DNA from: an uncultured delta proteobacterium
GTDB lineage: Bacteria > Myxococcota > Myxococcia > Myxococcales > Anaeromyxobacteraceae
Length of the DNA stretch: 64,000 nucleotides
Assembly (NCBI GenBank): GCA_963828255.1
Contig: CAWHDZ010000015.1
Coordinates: 128,001 to 192,000 of the forward strand
Direction: 5' to 3'
How positions within the stretch are numbered: the first letter of the stretch is position 1; each line of letters begins with the position of its first letter. The notes beneath the pieces were generated by a model. The model did not search any database and was not told the DNA's origin. It worked only from the letters and a program-made list of their open reading frames with translations. Below, piece after piece: positions 32,746 to 41,907 of the stretch. Position numbers and translations under genes: made by a program.

Positions 32746-34968
32746 GTGGGCGAGGCCGAGTCCAGTCGCGGGTCGTTGCCGGCCGGGATCCCCCTGCCGC
32801 TCGAGGTGCGCGTCCACGGGCGCGGCGGCCAGGGCGGGGTCACCTGCGCGAAGCTCATCGCCACCGTCTACGCGGAGCAGGGGCTCCACGTGCAGACCTT
32901 CGGGGACTACGGCTCGGAGCGCACCGGCGCGCCCGTCCGCGCCTTCGCGCGGGTGGACACGGTTCCCATCCGCAACCACAACAAGGTCTACCGGCCGCAT
33001 CACCTCCTGGTCCTCGACGCGGCGCTCCTCGGCGACGACGTGCTCGAGGGGGCCGGACCGGGCGCGGTGGTCCTGCTCAACACCGCCCGCGGCCTCGAGC
33101 CGTTCGCCGACAAGCACGGCCACTTCCGCTTCGCCGCGGTGGACGCCACCGCCATCGCGCGCCGCCACGGCATCGGCACGAGCGCCGTGGTCATCATCAA
33201 CACGACGCTGGCCGGCGCCTACGCGCGGGCCATGGGCCTCTCCTGGGAAGCGGTGGAGAGGGCCTTCTCGGTCCAGGGGCTCGAGCGGGACCTGCCCGCC
33301 GCCCGGGAAGCCTGGGAGGCCGTGCAGGTGCGCGAGGCCGACGATGGCGACGGGGCGCCGCCAAGGAGCGCCCCGGTCCCGGCCAGCGTGATCGGGATCG
33401 CCGAGCACGTCCGCGACATCCCCACCCCGCTCCGGACCGGCTCCTGGCGAACCCAGATGCCGGTCTACCGCTCCCACGCCGCGCCGTGCAACGGCGGGTG
33501 CCCGGCGGGCAACGACGTGGTGGGGTTCGTGCAGGCCCTCGACAAGGGGGGCGTCGCGGCGGCCGCCGAGGTGCTCTTCCGCACGCAGCCCTTGCCGTCG
33601 GTGTGCGGGAGGGTCTGCCCGGCGCCCTGCATGTCGGCGTGCAACCGCGGCGCCTACGACGGTGCGGTCAACATCCGCGGTCTCGAGCGCTGGATCGGCG
33701 ACCACGTCCTCTCCCGCCCCGAACGTCCCGTACCCGCCACGCCACGCAGGAGGATCGCCGTGGTGGGGAGCGGCCCTGCGGGCCTCGGCGCGGCCTTCGC
33801 GCTCGCCACCGCTGGCCACGAGGTGACCCTCCTCGAGGGGGAGAGCTGCCTGGGCGGGGTGCTTCGCACCGGCATCCCGGCCTACCGCCTTCCCGAGGAG
33901 ATCCTCGACCGCGACATCTCCCGCATCCTCGCACTCGGGGTGTCGGCCCGCACCGGGACCTTCCTCGACGCCGGCGCGGTCGCCGATCTCGCCGCTTCCC
34001 ACGACGCCGTCATCGTCGCCGCGGGTCTCCCGCGCCTGACCGGGCTCGAGGCGCCGGGCGTGGGCCTCCCCGGGGTCCTCCAGGGGATCCGCTTCCTCGA
34101 CGACGTGAAGCGCGGGGCGGCGCCGCGCCTCTCCGGCGCGGTGGTGGTGGTGGGCGGCGGGAACACCGCCATCGACTGCGCCCGCACGGCGCTGCGGCTC
34201 GGGGCGGCCTCGGTCTCCATCGCCTACCGCCGGGGGCGCAAGGAGATGCCGGCCATCGGCCCGGAGATCGAGGAGGCCGTGGCCGAGGGGGTGAAGCTGC
34301 TCCTCCACCGCCAGCCGGTGCGCGCCTGTGGCCAGGGGAGGGTGGAGTCGCTCGAGCTCGCCGAGGTGGAGCTGGGGGAGCCCGACAGGAGCGGCCGCCG
34401 CCGCCCGGTGGTGACCGGCCGGACCTCCACCATCCCCTGCGACGCGCTCCTGCTCGCGCTCGGCCAGTCGGCGGACCTGTCGATCGTCCCCGGGCTCGGG
34501 AACGTATTCACCGCAGGTGACATGGCCACCGGCGACGGAACGGTGACCCACGCCCTGGGGAGCGGGCGTCGCGTGGCCGCGCGGGTGCTGGCCAGGCTGG
34601 CGGGGGAGCCCGAGCCGGTCGAGGAGCACCCCCCGGCCGAGGCCCTGGTCGCCGCGGCCCATGTCCGCTTCAGCCACTTCTCGGTCGCGCTGCCGCAGGT
34701 CGAGCGTCACCGCGCGGGTCCGGTCGGCGCGCTGGGGTTCGACGAGGTGAGCCTCGGGCTCGACGGGCCGTCGGAGGCCGCGCGCTGCTTCTCCTGCGGC
34801 GCATGCACCAGCTGCGACACCTGCCTGCTCTACTGCCCGGAGGGGGTCATCCACCGCATCGGGCACGGCTACCGGGTGGACGAGGGCTACTGCAAGGGGT
34901 GCGGCATGTGCGTCGCCGAGTGCCCCCGCCGCGCCATGGAGATGGTCATGGAGGCCTCGGCCCGATGA
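32746..34968 (+). CDS. Fusion: 2-oxoacid:acceptor oxidoreductase gamma subunit + GltD/NfnB-like FAD/Fe-S domain + delta (2x4Fe-4S) domain
   Basis: HGRGGQGGVT, YGSERTGAPV (gamma); TGSWR, APCNGGCP, CGRVCPAPC..ACNR, GSGPAG, GGGNTA..YRR; CFSCGACTSCDTC..YCP, YCKGCGMCVAECP. Confidence 0.85.
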   Translation: MGEAESSRGSLPAGIPLPLEVRVHGRGGQGGVTCAKLIATVYAEQGLHVQTFGDYGSERTGAPVRAFARVDTVPIRNHNKVYRPHHLLVLDAALLGDDVLEGAGPGAVVLLNTARGLEPFADKHGHFRFAAVDATAIARRHGIGTSAVVIINTTLAGAYARAMGLSWEAVERAFSVQGLERDLPAAREAWEAVQVREADDGDGAPPRSAPVPASVIGIAEHVRDIPTPLRTGSWRTQMPVYRSHAAPCNGGCPAGNDVVGFVQALDKGGVAAAAEVLFRTQPLPSVCGRVCPAPCMSACNRGAYDGAVNIRGLERWIGDHVLSRPERPVPATPRRRIAVVGSGPAGLGAAFALATAGHEVTLLEGESCLGGVLRTGIPAYRLPEEILDRDISRILALGVSARTGTFLDAGAVADLAASHDAVIVAAGLPRLTGLEAPGVGLPGVLQGIRFLDDVKRGAAPRLSGAVVVVGGGNTAIDCARTALRLGAASVSIAYRRGRKEMPAIGPEIEEAVAEGVKLLLHRQPVRACGQGRVESLELAEVELGEPDRSGRRRPVVTGRTSTIPCDALLLALGQSADLSIVPGLGNVFTAGDMATGDGTVTHALGSGRRVAARVLARLAGEPEPVEEHPPAEALVAAAHVRFSHFSVALPQVERHRAGPVGALGFDEVSLGLDGPSEAARCFSCGACTSCDTCLLYCPEGVIHRIGHGYRVDEGYCKGCGMCVAECPRRAMEMVMEASAR

Positions 34969-36137
34969 GCACCTCCTTCGGACAGCTCCTCAGCGCCAAC
35001 CACGCCGCCGCCCTGGGCGCCACCATGGCCGCGCGCGCCAACCGGACCGGCCGCGGCTTCGTCTCCGGCGTCTACCCCATCACCCCGTCCACCGAGTGCA
35101 TGGAGCTCCTCTGCAACCAGGAGATCGAGAAGGGGAGGGTGGTCCGGGTGGAGAGCGAGCACAGCGCCATGGGCGTGTGCATCGGCGGCGCCGCCAGCGG
35201 GGCGCGCACCTTCACCACCTCGTCCTCGAACGGCATCGCCTTCATGGCCGAGAACGTGGTGGCCGCGGCGCTGCTCCGCCTCCCGGTGGTCATGGTGGCG
35301 GCCAACCGGACGCTGGGCCCGCCCTGGAACATCTGGGCCGACCACGGCGACACCCTCATGCTCCGTGACTCGGGGTGGATCCAGATGTACTGCGCCGACA
35401 ACCAGGAGGTCCTCGACAGCGTGCTCTGCGCCTACCGGCTGGCCGAGGACCGGCGCATCCTCCTGCCGGCGCTGGTGTGCCAGGAGGCCTTCGTCCTCTC
35501 CCACACCATGGCCCGGACTCTGGTGCCCACCCAGGAGCAGGTGGACCGCTTCCTCCCGCCGCTCGACCTCCCCGGCCGCCTCGACGGCACGGCGCGGGTC
35601 GTGGGCGGGCTCACCGCCCCGCACGCCACCGAGGTGCACCGCGCCCAGCACCACGAGGCCATGGGGCGGGTCTTCGGGGTCTACCGGGAGGTCCAGGACC
35701 GGTTCGAGGAGGTCTTCGGCCGTCGCCCCGCCGACCCGGTGGTCCCGTACCGCGCCGACGACGCCGAGGTCCTGGTGGTCTCGATGGGCACCATCGGCTC
35801 CACGGTGGAGCGGGCCGTGGACGCCGCCCGGGAGAAGGGGATCCGGCTGGGGGGCCTGCGCGTCCGGACCTTCCGCCCCTTCCCGGCGGAGCTGCTCGCC
35901 GCCGCCTTCCGGGGGCGCAGGCGCATCGCGGTCGTGGACCGGAACGTCAGCCTGGGCTTCGGCGGCGTGCTCTGGGGCGAGGCGCGCGGTCTCGCCGACC
36001 CCGGAGCGGTGGTGCAGGGATACATGATCGGGATCGGCGGCGGCGACGTGCGTCCCGAGCACGTGATGGCCATCGCCGAGGACCTCTCGTTGCGGGAGGC
36101 CGCCGGTCCGCCGGTGCTCCTGGAGGCCGGGGCATGA
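34965..36137 (+). CDS. 2-oxoacid:ferredoxin oxidoreductase alpha subunit (PorA-like)
   Basis: YPITPST, VESEHSAM, TTSSSNG, NR.LGPPWNIWADHGD, FRPFP. Confidence 0.9.
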   Translation: MSTSFGQLLSANHAAALGATMAARANRTGRGFVSGVYPITPSTECMELLCNQEIEKGRVVRVESEHSAMGVCIGGAASGARTFTTSSSNGIAFMAENVVAAALLRLPVVMVAANRTLGPPWNIWADHGDTLMLRDSGWIQMYCADNQEVLDSVLCAYRLAEDRRILLPALVCQEAFVLSHTMARTLVPTQEQVDRFLPPLDLPGRLDGTARVVGGLTAPHATEVHRAQHHEAMGRVFGVYREVQDRFEEVFGRRPADPVVPYRADDAEVLVVSMGTIGSTVERAVDAAREKGIRLGGLRVRTFRPFPAELLAAAFRGRRRIAVVDRNVSLGFGGVLWGEARGLADPGAVVQGYMIGIGGGDVRPEHVMAIAEDLSLREAAGPPVLLEAGA

Positions 36138-37015
36138 GCGAGCCCCTCCTGCGCCCCGGCAACGGCAACTGCGGCGGCTGCGGCATGTCGTCCGCGTTCC
36201 AGTTCCTGGGGCGCGCCCGCGAGGAGCGTCCCATCCACGTGGTCATCCCGGCCAGCTGCGCGGCCGTGGCGGTGGGGCAGTTCCCGTACTCGGCCATGGG
36301 CGCCCCCACCATCCTCACCACCTTCGGGTCGGCCGCCGCGGTGGCCACCGGGATGAGCCACGCCGCACGCCTGAACGGCGAGGGCACCCGCGTCGTCTGC
36401 TGGGCCGGCGACGGCGGGACCTACGACATCGGCATGGCCAGCCTCTCCGGCGCCGCCGAGCGGAACGAGGACATCCTCTACGTCTGCTACGACAACGAGA
36501 TCTACGGGAACACCGGCGGCCAGCGCTCCTCGGCCACGCCCCACGGCGCGGCGACCTCCAACACGCTGCGTGGCAAGGCCGAGCAGAAGAAGGACATCCT
36601 CGGGATCATGGCGGCCCACCGCATCCCCTACGCCGCCTCGGTCTCGCTGGCCCACCCCGAGGACGCCATCCGCAAGATGCGCCGCGCCCTCGACCTGCAG
36701 GGCTTCCGCTTCCTCCACGTGCTCGCGCCGTGCCCGACCGGCTGGAAGTCGGAGCCGGCGCTGGGCATCGAGCTGGTGCGCCTCGCGGTCCGCTCCGGGC
36801 TCTTCCCGGTGGTGGAGGTGGTGGACGGGCGGAGGACCACCATCAACGTGGAGCCCGACTTCTCGGAGGAGGCGCTCGAGCTCTACCTCTCGCTGCAGCG
36901 CCGCTTCCAGAAGTCCGAGGTCGGCGCCGCCGATCTCCGTCCCGACATCGAGCGCCACTGGCGCGACCTGCGCGCCCGCACCGGCCGGATCGTCCCGGCC
37001 GACCGCGAGGGGTAG
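36134..37015 (+). CDS. 2-oxoacid:ferredoxin oxidoreductase beta subunit (TPP-binding)
   Basis: CGGCG, AGDGGTYDIG, YDNEIYGNTGGQRS, PCPTGW. Confidence 0.9.
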   Translation: MSEPLLRPGNGNCGGCGMSSAFQFLGRAREERPIHVVIPASCAAVAVGQFPYSAMGAPTILTTFGSAAAVATGMSHAARLNGEGTRVVCWAGDGGTYDIGMASLSGAAERNEDILYVCYDNEIYGNTGGQRSSATPHGAATSNTLRGKAEQKKDILGIMAAHRIPYAASVSLAHPEDAIRKMRRALDLQGFRFLHVLAPCPTGWKSEPALGIELVRLAVRSGLFPVVEVVDGRRTTINVEPDFSEEALELYLSLQRRFQKSEVGAADLRPDIERHWRDLRARTGRIVPADREG

Positions 37016-37029
37016 CACCGGAGGACGCC

Positions 37030-37593
37030 ATGCAGACCGACATCGGAGTGCGGATCCGCAAGATGCGCGAGGCCCAGGACCTGAGCCCCGACGACGTCTG
37101 CCGCATGGCCGGCCTCTCCAAGGAGCGGCTGGCCGCATTCGAGGAGGGGAAGGAGGTCCCCTCCATCGGCGTGGTGATCAAGCTCTCCCGGGTGCTCGGC
37201 TCGAAGGTGGGCGGCCTCCTGCACGGCGGGGGCTTCGCCACCGAGGAGCTGACGGTGAGCCGCGCCAGCGAGGCGCGCCCCGGGATGGAGCAGGGGGAGA
37301 CCGAGCAGGGCTACACCTACCGGTGCCTGACCCGCCCCGGGACGCCCGGCCACGACATGGAGCCCTTCCTGCTCACCTTCGACCCGGGGGTGACCGACGC
37401 GCGCCCGCTGGCCCACGACGGCCAGGAGTTCGTCTTCGTCCTGGAGGGATCGATCGAGCTCAGCTACGAGGGGAGGCGCTGCGTGCTGCAGGCCGGAGAC
37501 TCGGCCTACCTCGACGCCAGCCGGCCTCATCTCTTCCGCGGCCTGGGCGACGGGCCTTCGCGGATGGTGGCGGTGGTCACGTCGGGCGCGTAG
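37030..37593 (+). CDS. XRE-family HTH plus cupin regulator
   Basis: IGVRIRKMRE HTH; MEPFLL, HDGQEFVFVLEG, GDSAY cupin. Confidence 0.88.
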   Translation: MQTDIGVRIRKMREAQDLSPDDVCRMAGLSKERLAAFEEGKEVPSIGVVIKLSRVLGSKVGGLLHGGGFATEELTVSRASEARPGMEQGETEQGYTYRCLTRPGTPGHDMEPFLLTFDPGVTDARPLAHDGQEFVFVLEGSIELSYEGRRCVLQAGDSAYLDASRPHLFRGLGDGPSRMVAVVTSGA

Positions 37594-37608
37594 GGCGGGG
37601 CGGCCCGC

Positions 37609-38790
37609 TCACGGCTCGAAGTAGGTGTAGTCCTTGCCCTGGAAGTTCCGGAAGACCCACTTCTTCCCCTCGTGGCGGATCACGTAGTCGGGGTTCACCG
37701 GGATCTTCCCGCCCCCGTCGGGCGCGTCCACGACGAAGTGGGGGACGGCCAGGCCGCTGGTGAAGCCGCGCAGCGAGCGGATGATCCTGCGCCCTGCCTC
37801 CACGGTGGTGCGGAAGTGGCTGATGCCCCTGGCCAGATCGCACTGGTAGATGTAGTAGGGGCGGATCCGCATGAGGAGGAGCTTGTGGTTCAGCTCCATC
37901 ACGACCTTCGGGTCGTCGTTCACGCCCTTCAGCAGCACCATCTGGTTTCCCAGGGAGCAGCCCGCGTCGGCCAGCCGGCGGGCCGCCTCGAAGGCCTCCG
38001 CGGTGCACTCCTTGGGATGATTGAAATGGGTGTTCACGTAGACGGGCTGGTGCCGGCGCAGCATGTGGACGAAGTCGTCGGTCACGCGCTGGGGCAGCGT
38101 GACCAGGTTGCGGGTGCCCAGCCGGAAGATCTCCACGTGGGGCATGGCGCGCAGGCGCCCCAGGATGTGGTCGAGCCGCTCGTCGGAGAGGGAGAGCGGG
38201 TCGCCGCCGGAGATGACCACGTCGCGGATCTCCGGGTGAAGCGCGATGTAGTCGAGCCCGTCCTCCACCTGCTTCCTGGCCGCGGCCGACGACGGGTCGG
38301 CCACCTTGCGCTTGCGCGTGCAGTGGCGGCAGTACACCGGGCAGTTGTGGGTGACGTAGAAGAGGACGCGGTCGGGGTAGCGGTGCGTGATGCCGGGCAC
38401 CGGCATGTCCCGGTCCTCGCCGAGGGGGTCCTCCAGGTCGGCGGCGGCGACGATGGTCTCGCCCATGGTCGGCACCGACTGGAGCCGCACCGGACAGCGC
38501 GGATCGTCGGGGTCCATCAGCGCCGCGTAGTAGGGCGTGATGCCCATGTGGAAGTCCTTGTCGGTCTCCACCGCGGCCTGGCGCTCGTCGTCCGTGAGCC
38601 GGATCACCTTCTCGAGCTGGTCCACGCGGGTGATGCGCTCCCGCTGCTGCCAGTGCCAGTCGTTCCACTGGGAGTCGGGCACGCCTGCCCAGACGGAGCG
38701 GGGCCCGGGCGGGAAGCGGCCGGTGATCCCGGAGGCGGGACGCGGGTCGGCGGCCGGGGTCTCGTCCTGCATCATGGGAAGGGTCGCCAT
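37609..38790 (-). CDS. KamA-family radical SAM aminomutase (lysine 2,3-aminomutase-like)
   Basis: WNDWHWQ, ITPYY, THRYPDRVL, CPVYCRHCTR, SGGDPL, HFNHPKE, VVDAPDGGGKIP. Confidence 0.9.
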   Translation of the reverse strand: MATLPMMQDETPAADPRPASGITGRFPPGPRSVWAGVPDSQWNDWHWQQRERITRVDQLEKVIRLTDDERQAAVETDKDFHMGITPYYAALMDPDDPRCPVRLQSVPTMGETIVAAADLEDPLGEDRDMPVPGITHRYPDRVLFYVTHNCPVYCRHCTRKRKVADPSSAAARKQVEDGLDYIALHPEIRDVVISGGDPLSLSDERLDHILGRLRAMPHVEIFRLGTRNLVTLPQRVTDDFVHMLRRHQPVYVNTHFNHPKECTAEAFEAARRLADAGCSLGNQMVLLKGVNDDPKVVMELNHKLLLMRIRPYYIYQCDLARGISHFRTTVEAGRRIIRSLRGFTSGLAVPHFVVDAPDGGGKIPVNPDYVIRHEGKKWVFRNFQGKDYTYFEP

Positions 38791-38896
38791 TCGTCGCTCC
38801 TCGGTCGATCATATGCCGGGATCGGCCGCTCCGCCGGTTTGACTTCGCTCCCGCGCGCCGGTTAGCTTCCGCCCGCCGCGAGAACGGCGCCCCCCC

Positions 38897-40135
38897 ATGG
38901 ACCACTCCCGCCGAGCATTTCCCGCCGTCTCCGAGGCGGACTGGGGTGACTGGCGCTGGCAGCAGCGGAACATGCTGCGCAGCGCGGCCGATCTGGAGGC
39001 CATCCTCGACCTCACCCCGGACGAGCGGCGCGGCCTCTCCGGCGCCGCCGGGCGCTTCCGGGTGGGAACGACTCCTTACTACGCGTCGCTCATGGACCCG
39101 CACCACCCCTCCTGCCCGGTGCGCATGCAGGTGGTGCCGGTGGCCGCCGAGACCGGGGAGACGGACGGGGACCTGCGCGACCCGCTGGGCGAGGACGGCC
39201 GGCGCCCGGTCCGCGCCATCGTCCACAAGTACCCGGACCGGGCCCTCTTCCTCGCCGCCGACCACTGCGCCGTCTACTGCCGTCACTGCACCCGCCGTCG
39301 CATCACCGGCGGGGAGGAGGGGGCCTTCGACCGGGAGTCGGCGGCCGAGGGGATCGCCTGGGTCCGCTCCCACCCCCAGGTGCGCGACGTGGTGGTGTCG
39401 GGGGGCGACCCGCTGGCCCTCTCCGACGATCGGCTCGGGTGGATCCTCGAGGGGCTGCGCGCCATCCCCCACGTCGAGCTGCTGCGGGTGGCCACCCGTG
39501 CACCGGTAGTGAACCCCATGCGGATCACCGGCGCGCTTTCGGCCCTCCTCCGCCGCCTGGCACCGCTCTTCGTGGTCACCCACTTCAACCACCCCAAGGA
39601 GTGCACCGCCGAGGCCCGGGAGGCCTGCGAGCGGCTGGTGGACCAGGGCGTGCCAGTGGAGAACCAGACCGTCCTCCTGCGCCGCGTGAACTCCACCGCC
39701 CGGATCATCGCCGACCTGAACCAGCGGCTCCTCTCCTTTCGGGTGCGCCCCTACTACCTGCACCAGGGCGACCTGGCCGAGGGCACCGGACACCTGAGAA
39801 CGCCGCTCTCCACCGGCCTGGGCATCCTGGAGGAGCTCCGGGGGCGCACCAGCGGGCTGGCCGTTCCCCACCTCGCCGTGGACCTCCCCGGGGGCGCCGG
39901 CAAGGTGACGCTGCAGCCCGGGTGGCTGCTCGGCCCCGGCGATCCCGGCGTGCCGCCCGCGCTGGCCACCGGCACCGCCGCGGCGCCCGGGACGGCGCGC
40001 GGCCACTGGCTGCGCAGCTGGAAGGGGAAGGCCGTCTTCTACCCGGAGCCAGGGGAGATAGATTGCGCCTGCCCGTACGACGAGGTCTTCTACGGGGAAC
40101 GCGCCGCGCTCCGGAAAGGAGGCCACGGGTGGTAG
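38897..40135 (+). CDS. KamA-family radical SAM aminomutase (second paralog)
   Basis: WGDWRWQ, TTPYY, VHKYPDR, CAVYCRHCTR, SGGDPL, HFNHPKE, AVDLPGGAGKV. Confidence 0.88.
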   Translation: MDHSRRAFPAVSEADWGDWRWQQRNMLRSAADLEAILDLTPDERRGLSGAAGRFRVGTTPYYASLMDPHHPSCPVRMQVVPVAAETGETDGDLRDPLGEDGRRPVRAIVHKYPDRALFLAADHCAVYCRHCTRRRITGGEEGAFDRESAAEGIAWVRSHPQVRDVVVSGGDPLALSDDRLGWILEGLRAIPHVELLRVATRAPVVNPMRITGALSALLRRLAPLFVVTHFNHPKECTAEAREACERLVDQGVPVENQTVLLRRVNSTARIIADLNQRLLSFRVRPYYLHQGDLAEGTGHLRTPLSTGLGILEELRGRTSGLAVPHLAVDLPGGAGKVTLQPGWLLGPGDPGVPPALATGTAAAPGTARGHWLRSWKGKAVFYPEPGEIDCACPYDEVFYGERAALRKGGHGW

Positions 40136-40776
40136 CCAGGATCATCGAGGTTCTCGCCGTATTCACCACGGGTGTCATCTCCGCCATGGGCTACAGCGGC
40201 GTGGTGCTCCTCATGGCGATCGAGAGCGCCTGCATCCCGCTCCCCTCCGAGATCATCATGCCCTTCGCGGGATTCCTGGTGTTCAAGGGGCAGTTCACGC
40301 TCCTGGGGGCCGGGTTCTGGGGCGCGGTGGGCTGCGTGGTGGGCTCGATCCCCGCCTACTACCTGGGCATGTACGGCGGGCGCCCCCTCATCGAGAAGTA
40401 CGGGAAGTACCTGCTCATCTCCCACCACGAGCTCGACCTGGCCGACCGGCTCTTCCAGAAGCACGGATCGGCGGTGGTCTTCTGGGCCAGGCTCCTGCCG
40501 GTCATCCGCACCTTCATCGCCTTCCCGGCCGGCGTGGCCCGGATGAACATGACGAAGTTCATCGTCTACACCTTCGTGGGCTCCTTCCCCTGGTGCCTGG
40601 GGCTGGCCTGGGTGGGGCTCAAGCTCGGGGAGAAGTGGAACAGCGACCCGCGCTTCAAGACCTGGTTCCACAGCTTCGACCTGATCATCGGGGTCGCGCT
40701 GGTCCTGGCCGTCACCGCCTTCGTCTGGCACAAGATCCGCTCGGCGCGCCGTCCCGGCGCCGGCGCCGAATCCTAG
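40129..40776 (+). CDS. DedA family membrane protein
   Basis: MAIESACIPLPSEIIMPFAG, RLLPVIRTFIAFPAG. Confidence 0.9.
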   Translation: MVARIIEVLAVFTTGVISAMGYSGVVLLMAIESACIPLPSEIIMPFAGFLVFKGQFTLLGAGFWGAVGCVVGSIPAYYLGMYGGRPLIEKYGKYLLISHHELDLADRLFQKHGSAVVFWARLLPVIRTFIAFPAGVARMNMTKFIVYTFVGSFPWCLGLAWVGLKLGEKWNSDPRFKTWFHSFDLIIGVALVLAVTAFVWHKIRSARRPGAGAES

Positions 40777-40784
40777 GACCACGC

Positions 40785-41894
40785 GTGAATCCGGGAAGCG
40801 GCGCTCCCCTGCTGCTCGCGGCGGCGCTCCTCCTCGCCTCCCCGGCCCGCGCCGTCGAGGTGGTGCGTATCTCGGTGGCCGCGGGCGCCGCCGAGGCGGA
40901 ACTCTCCGGACCCGGGCTCGCCGTCGAGCCCCTGCGGGAGGGGGCGGTCCGGCAGCCCGTCGCCGGGGGGAGGGCCCGCCTGCGCCTCGACGGGGATCGG
41001 CTGCTCCTCGACGGCAAGGCCGTGGACGGGGCGGGGCTCCTCTTCTCCTCCAGCGGATCGATCCGCTGCGCCGGCCGGGAACTCTCCGGGCAGGTGGAGG
41101 TCCGCCGGGCCCCGGGCGGGCTCTCGGTCATCGACGTGCTCCCCATGGAGGAGTACGTGGGTGCGGTCATCGGCGGGGAGATGCCACCGTCATTCCCGAC
41201 CGAGGCGCTCAAGGCCCAGGCGGTGGCGGCGCGGTCCTTCGCCGTGCGGAAGAAGATCGAGGCCCGCGAGCAGGCCCTGGACTTCGACCTCGGCTCGACC
41301 GTCCTCGACCAGGTCTACCCGGGCTCGGGGCGGGCCGACCCGCGCGCCCGGGCGGCGGCGCTGGCCACCGCCGGCGAGGTGCTGGTGAAGGACCACCTGA
41401 TCGTGGAGGCCTATTTCCACTCCGCGTGCGGTGGCCGCACGGAGCGCGGCGCCGACGCACTCGGCCGCGACCTGCCCTACCTGGCGTCTGTTCCCTGCGA
41501 GCGCTGCAAGGGTTCGCCGGCCCATCGCTGGTCGCTGCGCATTCCCGCCGCGGAGGTGGGGAAGGCGGCCGGTCTCCCCGGGGAGGCGAAGCGGCTCGAG
41601 GTGCTGCGGACCACCTCCACCGGGCGCGCCGCACGGGTCTCGGTGGAGGGAGGGGGGGCCAAGGTGATCCTCGACGGGGGGGAGTTCCGTCGCCGCCTGG
41701 GCTACGACCGGCTCCCGTCCCTGGCCTTCACCGTGACGCCGGTGAGCGGGGCGTTCCTGCTCTCGGGGAAGGGCCGGGGGCACGGCGCCGGGATGTGCCA
41801 GTGGGGCGCGGCCGGGTGGGCCAGGGCCGGTGCGGACCACCGGGCCATCCTGTCCCGGTACTACCCGGGCGCGGAGATCACCCGGATGTACTGA
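40785..41894 (+). CDS. SpoIID/LytB-domain lytic transglycosylase
   Basis: MEEYVGAVIGGEMP, EALKAQAVAARSFA, QVY, FHSACGG, GHGAGMCQWGA, ILSRYYPG. Confidence 0.9.
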   Translation: MNPGSGAPLLLAAALLLASPARAVEVVRISVAAGAAEAELSGPGLAVEPLREGAVRQPVAGGRARLRLDGDRLLLDGKAVDGAGLLFSSSGSIRCAGRELSGQVEVRRAPGGLSVIDVLPMEEYVGAVIGGEMPPSFPTEALKAQAVAARSFAVRKKIEAREQALDFDLGSTVLDQVYPGSGRADPRARAAALATAGEVLVKDHLIVEAYFHSACGGRTERGADALGRDLPYLASVPCERCKGSPAHRWSLRIPAAEVGKAAGLPGEAKRLEVLRTTSTGRAARVSVEGGGAKVILDGGEFRRRLGYDRLPSLAFTVTPVSGAFLLSGKGRGHGAGMCQWGAAGWARAGADHRAILSRYYPGAEITRMY

Positions 41895-41907
41895 CGGGAT
41901 GGGGCCG

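Noticed and set aside
37609..40135. KamA paralogs complementing each other's zinc ligands in a heteromer
   Set aside because: Neither has Cys at the VNDC position that I recall as the inter-subunit Zn ligand (VNDD, VNST), so the sequence does not support it.
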